Source: an uncultured Acidobacteriota bacterium
GTDB taxonomy: Bacteria > Acidobacteriota > Blastocatellia > RBC074
Length of the DNA stretch: 64,000 nt
Direction of reading: 5' to 3'
Assembly: GCA_963796275.1 (NCBI GenBank)
Contig: CAWCKY010000001.1
Location: 1,248,001 to 1,312,000 of the forward strand
Shown in pieces: positions 1 to 10,500 of this stretch. The notes under the pieces were generated by a model. The model did no database searches and was not told where the DNA came from. It saw only the letters and a list, made by a program, of their open reading frames with translations. A program made the translations under genes and the position numbers. Positions within the stretch are counted from its first letter, which is position 1, and each line of letters opens with the position of its first letter.

Positions 1-1005
1 TCGAAATGGCTGGTCAGCCCCGGTCATCCTCTGACGTCTCGTGTAGCGGTGAACCGGTTCTGGCAGATGCTGTTCGGTTCAGGACTCGTCATCACCGGAG
101 AGGATTTTGGATTACAGGGAGAATTGCCTGCACACCCGGAATTGCTTGATTGGCTGGCGGTGGAGTTTATGAACCCGGGGCAGAACGGCGGGATGGGGCG
201 TTCGGGCGATGAACTAAAGAGTCCCATCGCCCAGTCCAACTCCCCAGACCTTCCGTGGAATGTCAAAGATTTGCTCAAGACAATTGTGATGAGCGCCACC
301 TATCGCCAGGAGTCTAAGATCGACGAACGCCTGCAACAGCGCGATCCGGACAACCGGTTGCTTGCGCGCGGCCCGCGGTTCAGGCTTCCGGCTGAAATGA
401 TACGCGACCAAGCTCTTGCTGTTTCAGGCCTGCTAGTTGAAAAACTCGCTGGGCCATCGGTAAAACCGTATCAGCCGGATGGTCTATACAAGGACATGGC
501 ATTTTCCGGTCTCACCGGTTACGAACGTGATAAGGGTGATGGATTGTGGCGGCGCAGTCTTTACACTTTCTGGAAACGGACTGTGCTCACGCCGAATATG
601 CAGGTATTCGACGCTTCGGCGCGCGAATTCTGCACGGTGCGGGATACGCGCACAAACACGCCGCTGCAATCGCTCAACCTGATGAACGATGTCACCTACA
701 TCGAAGCCTCGCGGATGCTGGCACAGCGGATGTTACTGGAAGGCGGGAATTCTCCGACCGCGCGAATCAGTTGGGCTTTTCGACTGCTGACATCGCGACA
801 ACCGAAAGCCAGAGAGATTGATATCCTGCTGCGGAATCTCGACCAACAGATAGCTCACTTCGCCCGCAATCCGCAGCATGCAGTCAAACTGTTGTCAGTC
901 GGTGAAATGCGGAATGACAGTAAACTGAATGCATCAGAACTGGCTGCGTATGCAGCGACGGCGAGTCTTATTCTGAATCTCGATGAAGTGATTACCAAGC
1001 AGTAA
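1..1005 (+). CDS. DUF1553 (PSD1)-domain protein, 5'-truncated by window edge
   Basis: Frame is open from base 1 (SKWLVSPGHPLTSRVAVNRFWQ). Motifs HPELLDWLA, EMIRDQAL, RRSLYTFWKR and TNTPLQSL are typical of DUF1553. It lies next to a DUF1501 gene, the usual partner. Confidence 0.9.
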   Translation, partial: SKWLVSPGHPLTSRVAVNRFWQMLFGSGLVITGEDFGLQGELPAHPELLDWLAVEFMNPGQNGGMGRSGDELKSPIAQSNSPDLPWNVKDLLKTIVMSATYRQESKIDERLQQRDPDNRLLARGPRFRLPAEMIRDQALAVSGLLVEKLAGPSVKPYQPDGLYKDMAFSGLTGYERDKGDGLWRRSLYTFWKRTVLTPNMQVFDASAREFCTVRDTRTNTPLQSLNLMNDVTYIEASRMLAQRMLLEGGNSPTARISWAFRLLTSRQPKAREIDILLRNLDQQIAHFARNPQHAVKLLSVGEMRNDSKLNASELAAYAATASLILNLDEVITKQ

Positions 1006-1212
1006 GTGTGTGTTTCTTCGAAGCCATGAAAGATCGTGATTGCCTATGATCTATTCGTAGAGGATGTGCAAATTATGAATGATGTTATAAACGCGCCCCC
1101 TAGGGTTATGGCAATGAATAGGACCCTTTTGGGGCCCTACGATGTAATCGACCTTAATTCAATGCCATTGTCCTTGGGGCTTCAAGTCGAACCAGCAAAG
1201 GTAGATTGACTC

Positions 1213-2667
1213 ATGATGAACCCGCTCAATGATTATCATCTGACGATGACCCGCAGGTATTTCTTCAGCAGATTTGGCCTCGGCCTCGGTACTGCCGCTC
1301 TGGCCTCGCTCCTGAAGGAGAATGTTTTTGGGAGGGGTTTGCCTCAAAATAGCGACGCTTTGAACGGTTTGCCTCATTTTACTCCTAAGGCGAAGCGCGT
1401 GATTTATCTCTATCAAGCCGGTGGGCCGTCGCAGCTCGAGCTCTTCGATCCCAAACCGATGCTTGAAAATCTGCGCGGCCAGAACCTGCCCGAGTCGATT
1501 CGGATGGGGCAGCGATTAACCGGTATGACCGCTCATCAAGCGACCTGGCCGACAGCGCCTTCGAGATTCAAATTCGCGCAACATGGCGAATCGGGAGCAT
1601 GGCTCAGTGAATTGCTTCCCCACACTTCCAAGCTTGCCGATCAATTGTGCTTCATCAAGTCAATGCATACAGAACAGATCAATCATGATCCGGCGATTAC
1701 GTTTTCGCTAACGGGGTTCCAGCTCGCCGGTCGTCCGAGCCTGGGTTCGTGGGTCGCGTACGGACTTGGAAGTGAGAATAAAGACCTGCCGGCATTCATC
1801 GTTATGATATCGGTCGGCAGGACCGGCGGCGATCAGCCTTTATATGATCGGCTGTGGGGAAGCGGATTTTTGGCTTCACGTTACCAGGGTGTGAAGTTTC
1901 ATAACGGTCCGGATCCGGTGCTCTACTTGTCGAATCCTCCGGGCGTGGCTAAGCAAGTGCGCAGGCAATTTCTCGATGATCTTGCGGAAATGAACCGGAT
2001 CAATGCCGAGGAGTTCGGTGACCCCGAGATACTCTCGCGCGTGGCCCAGTACGAGATGGCATATAGAATGCAGACCTCGGTTCCTGAACTGAACGATCTA
2101 TCAAAAGAGACTGAAAAGACCTTTGAGCGGTACGGTCCGGATGCGCGCAAGCCTGGCACCTTCGCGTTCAACTGCATTCTGGCGCGCCGCCTGGTAGAAC
2201 GCGGCGTGCGTTTCATACAGTTGTTCCATCGCGGTTGGGACCAGCACGGGGACTTGCCGAAAAACATAGCGAAACAGTGTCTGGACACGGATCAGCCTTC
2301 GGCGGCCTTAATTCTTGATTTGAAAGAACGAGGTTTGCTGGAGGACACATTGGTGATTTGGGGCGGTGAATTCGGACGGACGGTCTATTCACAGGGTAAA
2401 CTTACGGCCGACAATTACGGGCGCGACCACCATCCGCGCTGTTTCACTGTTTGGCTCGCAGGCGGCGGCATCAAGCCGGGAATTTCGATCGGCGAAACCG
2501 ATGACTTCAGCTACAACATCACTCGCGACCCGGTTCACGCCCATGACCTCAACGCTACCATCCTGCATTGCCTGGGTATCGATCACAAACAGCTAACATA
2601 CAAGTTCCAGGGGAGAGACTTCAGATTGACCGATGTTCATGGCAATGTTGTTACTAAGATTTTATAG
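1213..2667 (+). CDS. DUF1501 family (sulfatase-like) protein with Tat-like N-terminus
   Basis: TRRYFF N-terminus, [36 protein letters not shown] and GRDHHP motifs. Confidence 0.9.
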   Translation: MMNPLNDYHLTMTRRYFFSRFGLGLGTAALASLLKENVFGRGLPQNSDALNGLPHFTPKAKRVIYLYQAGGPSQLELFDPKPMLENLRGQNLPESIRMGQRLTGMTAHQATWPTAPSRFKFAQHGESGAWLSELLPHTSKLADQLCFIKSMHTEQINHDPAITFSLTGFQLAGRPSLGSWVAYGLGSENKDLPAFIVMISVGRTGGDQPLYDRLWGSGFLASRYQGVKFHNGPDPVLYLSNPPGVAKQVRRQFLDDLAEMNRINAEEFGDPEILSRVAQYEMAYRMQTSVPELNDLSKETEKTFERYGPDARKPGTFAFNCILARRLVERGVRFIQLFHRGWDQHGDLPKNIAKQCLDTDQPSAALILDLKERGLLEDTLVIWGGEFGRTVYSQGKLTADNYGRDHHPRCFTVWLAGGGIKPGISIGETDDFSYNITRDPVHAHDLNATILHCLGIDHKQLTYKFQGRDFRLTDVHGNVVTKIL

Positions 2668-2675
2668 CTCGTGTG

Positions 2676-2691
2676 TGGCATCAGCTTTGCT
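2676..2691 (+). promoter_or_regulatory. Candidate sigma54 -24/-12 promoter
   Basis: TGGCATCAGCTTTGCT has exact GG-N10-GC spacing and is intergenic, upstream of the BON/SRPBCC gene. Confidence 0.4.
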
Positions 2692-2861
2692 CCTCCTTAC
2701 TTAATTCATATTTCTAGATCAGCTTGGATCGGAGACAGACGGATCTGTACCGCATATGGACGTACGTGCGGAGTGCATTGAGATAGTCTCCAGGTCTCTG
2801 GTTGGTTAATAGCAGAAGACTGTGCAAAAAAAAGTTAATTGAAATCAGCATTTTTCAGACC

Positions 2862-3015
2862 TGAGCGCCAGAGGCGCTGGATGTTTATAGTCTTCGATCG
2901 CCAGAGAATCACGAGCTCCGGAGGAGCGACATGTAGGCATTCATATGTCGCTCCTCCGGAGCTCGGGTTATTGTCAGTATCGTGAACTATAGACATTACG
3001 CGCCTCCGGCGCTGA
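2862..3015. repeat. Nested inverted repeat (REP/REPIN-like element)
   Basis: Inner perfect IR CGAGCTCCGGAGGAGCGACAT (2912-2932) / ATGTCGCTCCTCCGGAGCTCG (2945-2965). Outer imperfect IR AGCGCCAGAGGCGC..ATGTTTATAG / CTATAGACAT..GCGCCTCCGGCGCT. The half-site GAGCGCCAGAGGCGC recurs at ~4621. Confidence 0.75.
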
Positions 3016-3093
3016 GATGCGAGACTATTGATTCTGTTGGACACACGCTTCAAATAAATGAGCTGCTGAAAACTATTTTCTAGGGAGGTAAAG

Positions 3094-4389
3094 ATGAGAA
3101 GACATTGGATAAATATGATCGTTCCGAAAGACAAACGTTCGCGGTCTCTCACTAATCGGGCCGAGATGAGCCCGGCGCTGGCGGCGCTCGGCGGTCTGGG
3201 GATGGGGGCAGGTCTTATGTATTTATTCGATCCCGTTCGCGGCAAGCGGCGGCGCGCGCTCGTACGCGACCAGTTGGCGCATGCCGGACATGTGATTGCG
3301 CGATCGATGCCGACGACGTCACGCGACCTGAGGCATCGCGCTTATGGGGTGCTGGCTGAAGGCAGCCATCTATTCCAACACGAGGAAGTATCGAACGAGG
3401 TGTTGGAGGCGCGGGTGCGCGCGAAGATAGGGCGTTCGGTCTCGCACCCCCACGCCATCTCCGTCCAGGTCAGCAACGGGCGAGTCACATTGAGCGGCCA
3501 AGTATTGGACCTGGAAGTGAACCTCATGCTCTCGGGCGTTTCATCAGTGCGCGGCGTTCGAGATGTCGAGAACCTGCTGACGGTTCATACAGAAGACGAA
3601 GAAATACCCAGCCTGCGGGGCGGACGCCCTCGGACCGGCGATCGTTTCGCATTGATGCAGTCCAATTGGTCGCCGACCGCACGGTTATTGACGGGGTTGG
3701 CCGGAGGCGCTCTGATGGCCAATTGTCTATTGAGGCGCGACCCGCTGAGTATTGCGCTGGGCGCGGTCGGATTCGGATTGTTCATGCGCGGAAGTACCAA
3801 TCTGGATATCAAGAGCTTGATAGGCGTCGGCCGCGACTGTCGCGCGGTCGAAGTGCAGAAAACTATAAACATAAACGCGCCGGTCGAAAGGGTCTTCGAT
3901 TTCTGGACAAATTACGAGAACTTCCCGCAATTCATGTCGAGAGTACGCGAAGTGATACCAACCGGCACTGATCGTTCGCGCTGGATCATCGCAGGGCCCG
4001 CGGGCATTCCCGTTGAATGGACGGCAGAGATCACCGAGAAGGTGCCCAACAAGATGCTGGCGTGGAGGTCCATCGCAGGTTCTGCCATCAATCACGCAGG
4101 CATTGTCCACTTTGAGCCCAGGCGTGATAGCGGCACGCGTGTGCAGATCAAGATGTGGTATCGGCCGATCGCTGGAGCGGTCGGGCACAAGCTTGCATGG
4201 CTATTCGGTTCAGATCCAAAAAGCGAAATGGATGCCGACATGGTGCGGATGAAGACGTTCATTGAAACCGGCCATGCGCCGCACGATGCGGCCAGTCCAT
4301 TAACGCGAGAATCCGATTCAGCGCTGAGCCGCGCCCGGACGAATGAAGCAGAAGCCGGTAAAAAATCCCATCTGGCCGGAGGAGCCTGA
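3094..4389 (+). CDS. BON domain + SRPBCC (cyclase/dehydrase) protein
   Basis: LMYLFDPVRGKRRRA N-terminus, BON-like VRAKIGRSVSHPHAISV..VTLSG, and SRPBCC motif ININAPVERVFDFW..NFPQFM. GGAGG RBS upstream. Confidence 0.85.
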   Translation: MRRHWINMIVPKDKRSRSLTNRAEMSPALAALGGLGMGAGLMYLFDPVRGKRRRALVRDQLAHAGHVIARSMPTTSRDLRHRAYGVLAEGSHLFQHEEVSNEVLEARVRAKIGRSVSHPHAISVQVSNGRVTLSGQVLDLEVNLMLSGVSSVRGVRDVENLLTVHTEDEEIPSLRGGRPRTGDRFALMQSNWSPTARLLTGLAGGALMANCLLRRDPLSIALGAVGFGLFMRGSTNLDIKSLIGVGRDCRAVEVQKTININAPVERVFDFWTNYENFPQFMSRVREVIPTGTDRSRWIIAGPAGIPVEWTAEITEKVPNKMLAWRSIAGSAINHAGIVHFEPRRDSGTRVQIKMWYRPIAGAVGHKLAWLFGSDPKSEMDADMVRMKTFIETGHAPHDAASPLTRESDSALSRARTNEAEAGKKSHLAGGA

Positions 4390-4520
4390 AAAGGGAGTTG
4401 ATAGCGCCACGCAATACCTGATAGACTCTGTAGCCATCCAGTAAGTCTCCCCGACGCGGTTTCCTTCATTTGTCGAAATTTCCCAACAGCTTGGGATGCC
4501 GGTAATGCCGGTGCCTATAC

Positions 4521-4536
4521 TGGCATTGTTATTGCC
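4521..4536 (+). promoter_or_regulatory. Candidate sigma54 -24/-12 promoter
   Basis: TGGCATTGTTATTGCC has GG-N10-GC spacing and lies upstream of the CBS gene. Confidence 0.4.
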
Positions 4537-4798
4537 GAATTTATTAACGGGATAAAAAATCAACATAGCTAACTGAGTAGTGTGCAAATTAATAATCACT
4601 GGAATCAAGGTTTGGGCTTTGAGCGCCAGAGGCGCGCGACGTTTTAGTAATCAATCATCCGACGAAAAATACTGTCATCAGATATCTAAACTTCGGGTTC
4701 CTATAGAACCTCGGAGGCTATTGATTGCAATCAAACGTAATTTGCACGTGCTTCAGCTAAATACATGAACCAAAGTGACCTTTAACAGGGAGGATGAA

Positions 4799-5275
4799 AT
4801 GAGAGTACAAGATGTCATGACGAGAAACGTAAAGGCTTGCCAGCCTGAGGCCACTGTGGACCAGGCGGCGATGATGATGTGGGATTACGATTGCGGCGTG
4901 CTGCCGGTGGTGGATTATGACGGAAGGGTGATGGGAATGATCACCGATCGGGATATCGCGATAGCCGCGTCGACACGTGGCCGTCTCACGACGCAGATCA
5001 AGGTGGGCGAGGTCATGTCGGGCAACGTCCATGCTCGTGCAGAGGATGAAGATATTAAATCAGCCCTCAATACAATGCGGCGCGAGAGGGTCCGCCGGCT
5101 CCCGGTGATCAACCGTGAGGGGAAGCTTGCGGGTATTCTATCGATCAACGACGTTGTGCTGCGCGCGGAAGAGTCCAGAGTCGGACGTGTTCCTGATATC
5201 TCACAGGAGGATGTTGTGAGCACGTTTAAGGCTTTGTGCGAACACTCCAGGGCGCACCAGGCTGGAATGATCTGA
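4799..5275 (+). CDS. CBS domain protein
   Basis: MRVQDVMT, CGVLPVV, GMITDRDI, VRRLPVI and GILSINDV form a CBS pair. GGGAGG RBS precedes ATG 4799. Confidence 0.9.
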   Translation: MRVQDVMTRNVKACQPEATVDQAAMMMWDYDCGVLPVVDYDGRVMGMITDRDIAIAASTRGRLTTQIKVGEVMSGNVHARAEDEDIKSALNTMRRERVRRLPVINREGKLAGILSINDVVLRAEESRVGRVPDISQEDVVSTFKALCEHSRAHQAGMI

Positions 5276-5327
5276 TGAACCGGGAGGATAGAAGGTTTCG
5301 TGCCTTCCGAGCCTCCGGTTTATATTT

Positions 5328-5399
5328 AGACAGGATTTACATAGATGCAGGAAACAACGCAATGCGCGAAATTCCTGATGAATATTGTAAATCCTGTCT
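5328..5399. repeat. Intergenic inverted repeat (REP-like)
   Basis: AGACAGGATTTACA ... TGTAAATCCTGTCT are perfect 14-bp arms. Confidence 0.6.
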
Positions 5400-5591
5400 T
5401 CCCTCTAGGGAGACGGGCGCGACCTCACGACCAATATTTTTCGTGACCTGACTTCGTAAGAATCAGAAACCATTAAAAATTTTTCCACAATAATATTTTT
5501 GAATCTCTCCTGATTGATATGTCTATATGGTAGTCTGCTGCCAATGGCAGGGGGACATTTCCGTTAAGGAAATATTCGAAGGAGGCGTTTT

Positions 5592-6869
5592 ATGGGCCAG
5601 GATGTAACAACCGGGGTGGAAAGCGAAGTAATGGTGACGATCATTGACGCCAGACGCGCGTTGCACGGCATCATGCCGTCGTGGCGGATCGATATTGTTC
5701 TTGCCTCTCTGGTAGCCGAGCCGGAGACGCTCGAAGAATTGGAAGACGCCATCGCGCGGTACGATGCGTCGGTCATCAGCCAGGGGTTTCTCGTTCATCT
5801 GGAGCGCGGCGTGAATGAGACGCCGTGGGATGCGGGAGTCGTAATCATCGATATGACCGCACGGTTGATTGTGGCCGAGACCGAACCGGCGATTTATAAG
5901 CCTGAACGTAATGGATTTACGCTATATTGCGCTGATCCACCGCTCGACTGGTTCAAATCAGCTCAGGAAGAGCTCATCCAAATTCCTTATATGATTTCGG
6001 ATGACTGGCTCATCACAGACACGTTAGACTGCTGGCGCGGAACGGCTGAGCGCCGCAGCAGCGAGCGCTCGGCGAATCCGCACTTCGACGCACGGTCCGT
6101 CCTGTTCGGTAAAATCGCTGAATTCATCGCGCAGCAATGCGCAATCGCGCAAGCTGCCGGGAAGGAAGACCCGATAGCTGAAATCCACGAAGCGTGGCTG
6201 ATGACCCCGCGCGAGGATTTGCGCGGTCAGACGCCGCGCGAAATACTGCTGGCCAGGCTGGAGTTCATCGACCATGATCTGTTCTCCCGCGAGTTGCAAT
6301 GGAGCCTCACTTGCGTCCGCCCGCCGATTTTGAATCATGCATCGGCAGCTTACCGTTACGCCGGGTTCGGCACACACAGCAACTTTGTTTACTTCGAGAT
6401 GATTCGTCACATGCTCGAAGAGTGCTGGAAGCGCACGCGCCCGGACCAGCTCTTGCCTCTCGACGATGAGATAGCGCATTTAGAAGAACAGCAAGTTGAT
6501 TATTTGACCGAAGGGACTGAGATGAGATACACCCCCGGGTGGTTTTTGGAGCAGGAGCGATTGCGCATACCTATCCTCGCACCGGAGGACTTCGAAGACC
6601 TGGGAGATGCGGAATTCACAATTCCGCGTGCCGCTGATGACCCGACATTGAGTATGGAGTTCATGCGCTTGTGTGTTGATCATATGAATGCAGAAGAGAA
6701 CTTCGTTTTCTCCTTATACGCCTCGCGTGAAGAATGGGAATCAGAACGCCACGTCTGGGAGACGCTGCAGTGCCGACCCGAGATCGGATTGACAGGCGAC
6801 GAGAGGATTTACAATGATCGGATGCCGAAGGAGGAAGATGAAATCGATGATGACGAATGGCCTTCCTGA
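5592..6869 (+). CDS. Hypothetical protein (acidic, 425 aa)
   Basis: Long ORF with GGAGG RBS. Internal WLMTPREDLRGQTPREIL resembles the MbcA/ParS/Xre antitoxin motif. Confidence 0.75.
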   Translation: MGQDVTTGVESEVMVTIIDARRALHGIMPSWRIDIVLASLVAEPETLEELEDAIARYDASVISQGFLVHLERGVNETPWDAGVVIIDMTARLIVAETEPAIYKPERNGFTLYCADPPLDWFKSAQEELIQIPYMISDDWLITDTLDCWRGTAERRSSERSANPHFDARSVLFGKIAEFIAQQCAIAQAAGKEDPIAEIHEAWLMTPREDLRGQTPREILLARLEFIDHDLFSRELQWSLTCVRPPILNHASAAYRYAGFGTHSNFVYFEMIRHMLEECWKRTRPDQLLPLDDEIAHLEEQQVDYLTEGTEMRYTPGWFLEQERLRIPILAPEDFEDLGDAEFTIPRAADDPTLSMEFMRLCVDHMNAEENFVFSLYASREEWESERHVWETLQCRPEIGLTGDERIYNDRMPKEEDEIDDDEWPS

Positions 6870-6939
6870 GCCCGCGCTGCCGCATAACTGGCGCCCCGGT
6901 CTCAGTCAAGAGATCAAATACACGCGTTTAGATTGTGAT

Positions 6940-7245
6940 TCAATATGAATTGAAATAGGTATAGAAGATAAACGAGAAAAGTAATATCAAAAGTATTATA
7001 TTTACCCACCGCGCGATAACTATACTTTTACGTTCTCTCCTATGGAATTCAAAAAGTTTACTCCTCAATTCATATTTCTCTTTAAAGTCTTTATTGATAT
7101 CGGAAGGATCGTGTTCCAAGATGTCTTGGTAAAATTCGTGTGCATTTTTCAATTCCTCGAAGTCGTCATTTGGCATAAGCTGAGATTCCCCTTTCCCCAT
7201 CCGAAGAGCATGCAACTGCTTCTTGAGAACCGATCTTAATAACAA
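6940..7245 (-). CDS. Hypothetical small protein with C-terminal TM, low GC
   Basis: AT-rich ORF with a hydrophobic C-terminus; start codon uncertain. Confidence 0.45.
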   Translation of the reverse strand: MLLRSVLKKQLHALRMGKGESQLMPNDDFEELKNAHEFYQDILEHDPSDINKDFKEKYELRSKLFEFHRRERKSIVIARWVNIILLILLFSFIFYTYFNSY

Positions 7246-7383
7246 CCCAGCATAACTTCAACATAAATAATAATCGATCAAAGTTGAATGTCTGATTTAG
7301 ATCGCGATGAGAGAATGCGCGGGACGGCGCTGGTGGTGATAGCGAGCGTGGCGCTCGCGCCGGCGTGGGATATCGTCATCCAA

Positions 7384-7495
7384 GGTAGTCGGTAGTCGGT
7401 AGTCGGTAGTCGGTTGTCGGCTGTCGGTAGTCGGTAGTCGGCTGTCGGTTGTCGGCTGTCGGTAGTCGGTAGTCGGTTGTCGGTTGTCGGTTGTC
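7384..7495. repeat. Heptamer tandem repeat (GGTAGTC/GGTTGTC/GGCTGTC) x16
   Basis: Directly visible 7-bp period, intergenic. Confidence 0.95.
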
Positions 7496-7589
7496 GGTCC
7501 AGAGATATCAGTTCGAGACGACTCGAATCTTGGACAGCAGCTCGTCTTCAATGGCATTGACTGACAACCTCATGACGAATCAAATTTCG

Positions 7590-10500
7590 TCATGGTACGA
7601 AGATGGTGGTCAGAGGCAGATAGCTCCGTAGGAGCGCCTGATCGATGACGTTGGCTGGTGTGATGGTGCCGATCTGGCTCGGGTTGGCTCTGACAAAGTC
7701 AGGCGGGGAGAGAGTGTAATTGTACGGCAGCTTCGTGAGGTCGATCCATGTGAATCCCAGTGGCGGGTTCCAGACGAGTGCATCGGGATCGACGGGATTG
7801 AGCCGTGCAGGGTCAAAGGGGGTGGGCGCTCCGTTTAATTGCCAGACGCTTCCGCGTTGCGTGATGCGTCCGCCGTTCGAAAACGCGAGCGGCGTTCGAA
7901 CCTCGAGGAACTCGCTGTTCTCCACCAGCACCGCGGCGTTGGTTGTTGAGTTGACCGCCGTCTGAGTGCCGGGAAACGGCGCCGAAGCGATATCGTCGAC
8001 CATTACGTTGTATACGTGAGCATTGCCGAATCGCATGCGCGGCGTGCGCTGCCGGACCAGGATGAAGGCGTTGTGATGGTAAGTCACGTTCAGCCGGCCC
8101 GCGTCCGTCGCTCCGGCGTCGTCACCGTTACCTACCAGACTCGTTTTGTCCTGAGGAATTTCGTGGGTGATGATTTGCTGCACAGATTGGCCCGCCTGGC
8201 GCAGCGAACGATAGTAACTTATTCGTGAGTCGTCGGGATTTGCTTGGTAAAGGCTCTCGAGGTAGTTGATCTGATTGGTGACCTCGTTCTCGAGATCGCC
8301 CGTGAAGCGGTTGAACGAGAGGGTCACGAGGTCCGCTCCGCGCACGACATCGACCTGTCCATCGTAGGATTTGGCGAAGTCGCAGTGGTCGATCCAGACG
8401 TTGCGCCCGCCGCTTATCTCAATGAAATCCCACCCCTGGAGGTCGTACGCCCCCTGAGTGACGTCATCCCATTCCCAGAGACCGCGGAATTTGAGATTGC
8501 GAATGATTATGTTCTGCGTCCCGTTGATGTTCAATATCCCGTGTCTGATAGTGGCGCCGCGATCCGAGAAGAGCGTCTTGTTCGAAGCAACCCTGATCAC
8601 GCCAAGATTCGAGGCGATGAGTTCAGGATTGATGAGCGGGCGGCGGCTCTGATTCTGGTTGTTGAGCGCACCGAGGTCGACGTCTGTCCGCAGTTCGATG
8701 ACCAGGGGATCCGCGCTCTGCAAATACATCTGGAGCGTCTGCGCCGGATCGGGTGTGGTCGAATCGATCACCTTATAGTGCGACGTATCCGATGGATCGA
8801 CAAGTCCGCCGCCGGTAGTGCCTTGGCCACCCCCCTGGCCACCCCCCTGGCCACCCCCCTGGCCACCCCCTTGGCCACCCCCTTGGCCACCCATCTGACC
8901 AATTGTCGCAAACCCTTCCATTACGAACGTCGCCAACGGAGGCAGTTGAGTCGCCGGGTCTGTCACTGAGAGGATTGCCGTCGCGCTGAGAGTCGCCTCG
9001 CTGAGGCTGCTGACAAGCACCGTGTAGAATCCCGTATCCGTGGGCTGAACGTTCTGCAGGGTGAGCGTCGAACTAGTGGCGCCGGGAATATCGGCACCGT
9101 TTTTCCGCCATTGGTAGTTGATCGTGCCTGTTCCACCGGATCCGTGCGCCACCACCGTGAAATTGATGGTATCGCCGATACTCCCCAGGCGGCTCTGCGG
9201 CTGTTGGTCGATCAGAGCTCCCCGCGTAAAGACAGTCAGTGTCGCGGGCTCGCTGGCGAGGAACCCGAAGGTATTCGTAACCACAACCGAATAAGAACCA
9301 GAGGAATTGAGCTGGACATCGCTCAGCACAAGCGACGGCGCGGTAGCGCCCGGGATCGGTGAGCCGTCCTTCAACCACTGATATGACGGTGGCGGTATGC
9401 CCCTGCTGGTGACGTTGAAGGTCACGGTATCACCGGCGAATGCCACCCGGCTCACGGGTTGCGCCAGGATCGATACGGGCGAGGCGATCGGCGTGGCGCG
9501 CAGAGTCAGAAGAGCCGGCGCGCTGGAGATCGAACCCACTCCATTGCTAATCTTCACGCTGTAGTACCCCGAGTTCGACAACTGCAATCCCGCGCGAGCG
9601 AGCGTCGCATTGATGGCACCTGCAATGGGCGCACCGTCTTTGAGCCACTGGTAGGAGAGCATCGGTGAACCGCTAGCGGTAACGGAAAATGTCACCGCAT
9701 CACCGATTGTAGCGACGTTCGGGATGGGTTGCGTGACAATCATCGGCGCCCCGCTATCGGAGACGATCGTCAGCGTGGCCGCCGCGCTCGTCGCTGATCC
9801 TGTTGAATTACTGACGGTGACGCGATAGTCGCCCGCGGCGCCCGCCTCAACCGCGGGCAGGAGCAACATCGGCCCGGTCGCACCCGGTATCGCGACGCCA
9901 TCTTTCGACCACTGGTAAGAGGGCTCGGGCAGGGCCGACGCCCCGACCGTGAAGATCGCGTCCTGGCCGGCAGACAGGGTCTGGCTCATCGGCGGACTCT
10001 TAATGAACGGCGATGTCTGCGGGACCCATCCGCCGAGCACGAAAGTCGGATCGCTCCACTGGTTCGCCTCGGCGTCGGTAAGCTGGCGCGAGGATGAGAT
10101 TCGCTGGCTCACATCGAGAAGCGCTCCATCAAAACCTGTGCTGCGATATTCCCAGAATCGGACCGTACTTGAACTGGTCGCGTTGTTGAGCAACCATCCG
10201 GCCGGCGATATATGCGATCCCATAGCCGAATTGATGTGAACGACCTGGCTGTCCGGGAAGACATTGGGATCGATGCGCGCGAGGAAGGTTCCCGTCACCC
10301 CGGTCGACGCGCTGAAGCGGCAGTTGACGTAAACAAAGCCGGGCTGATTCTGCGGTGTCCTCGCCTGCACAAAGTAGCTGTCGGATCTCACGTTCCGGAA
10401 CTCAGAGTTCAAGAAATAAGCCGAGGCGTTGCCCCAAATGAAGTCGACATCGCCTTCGATGTAACAATTCTCAACATAAGCGGAGCCGTTGAGCTGCAGC

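Noticed and set aside
7297-7557. ORF with RQPTTD repeats
   Set aside because: It is the translation of the intergenic heptamer repeat.
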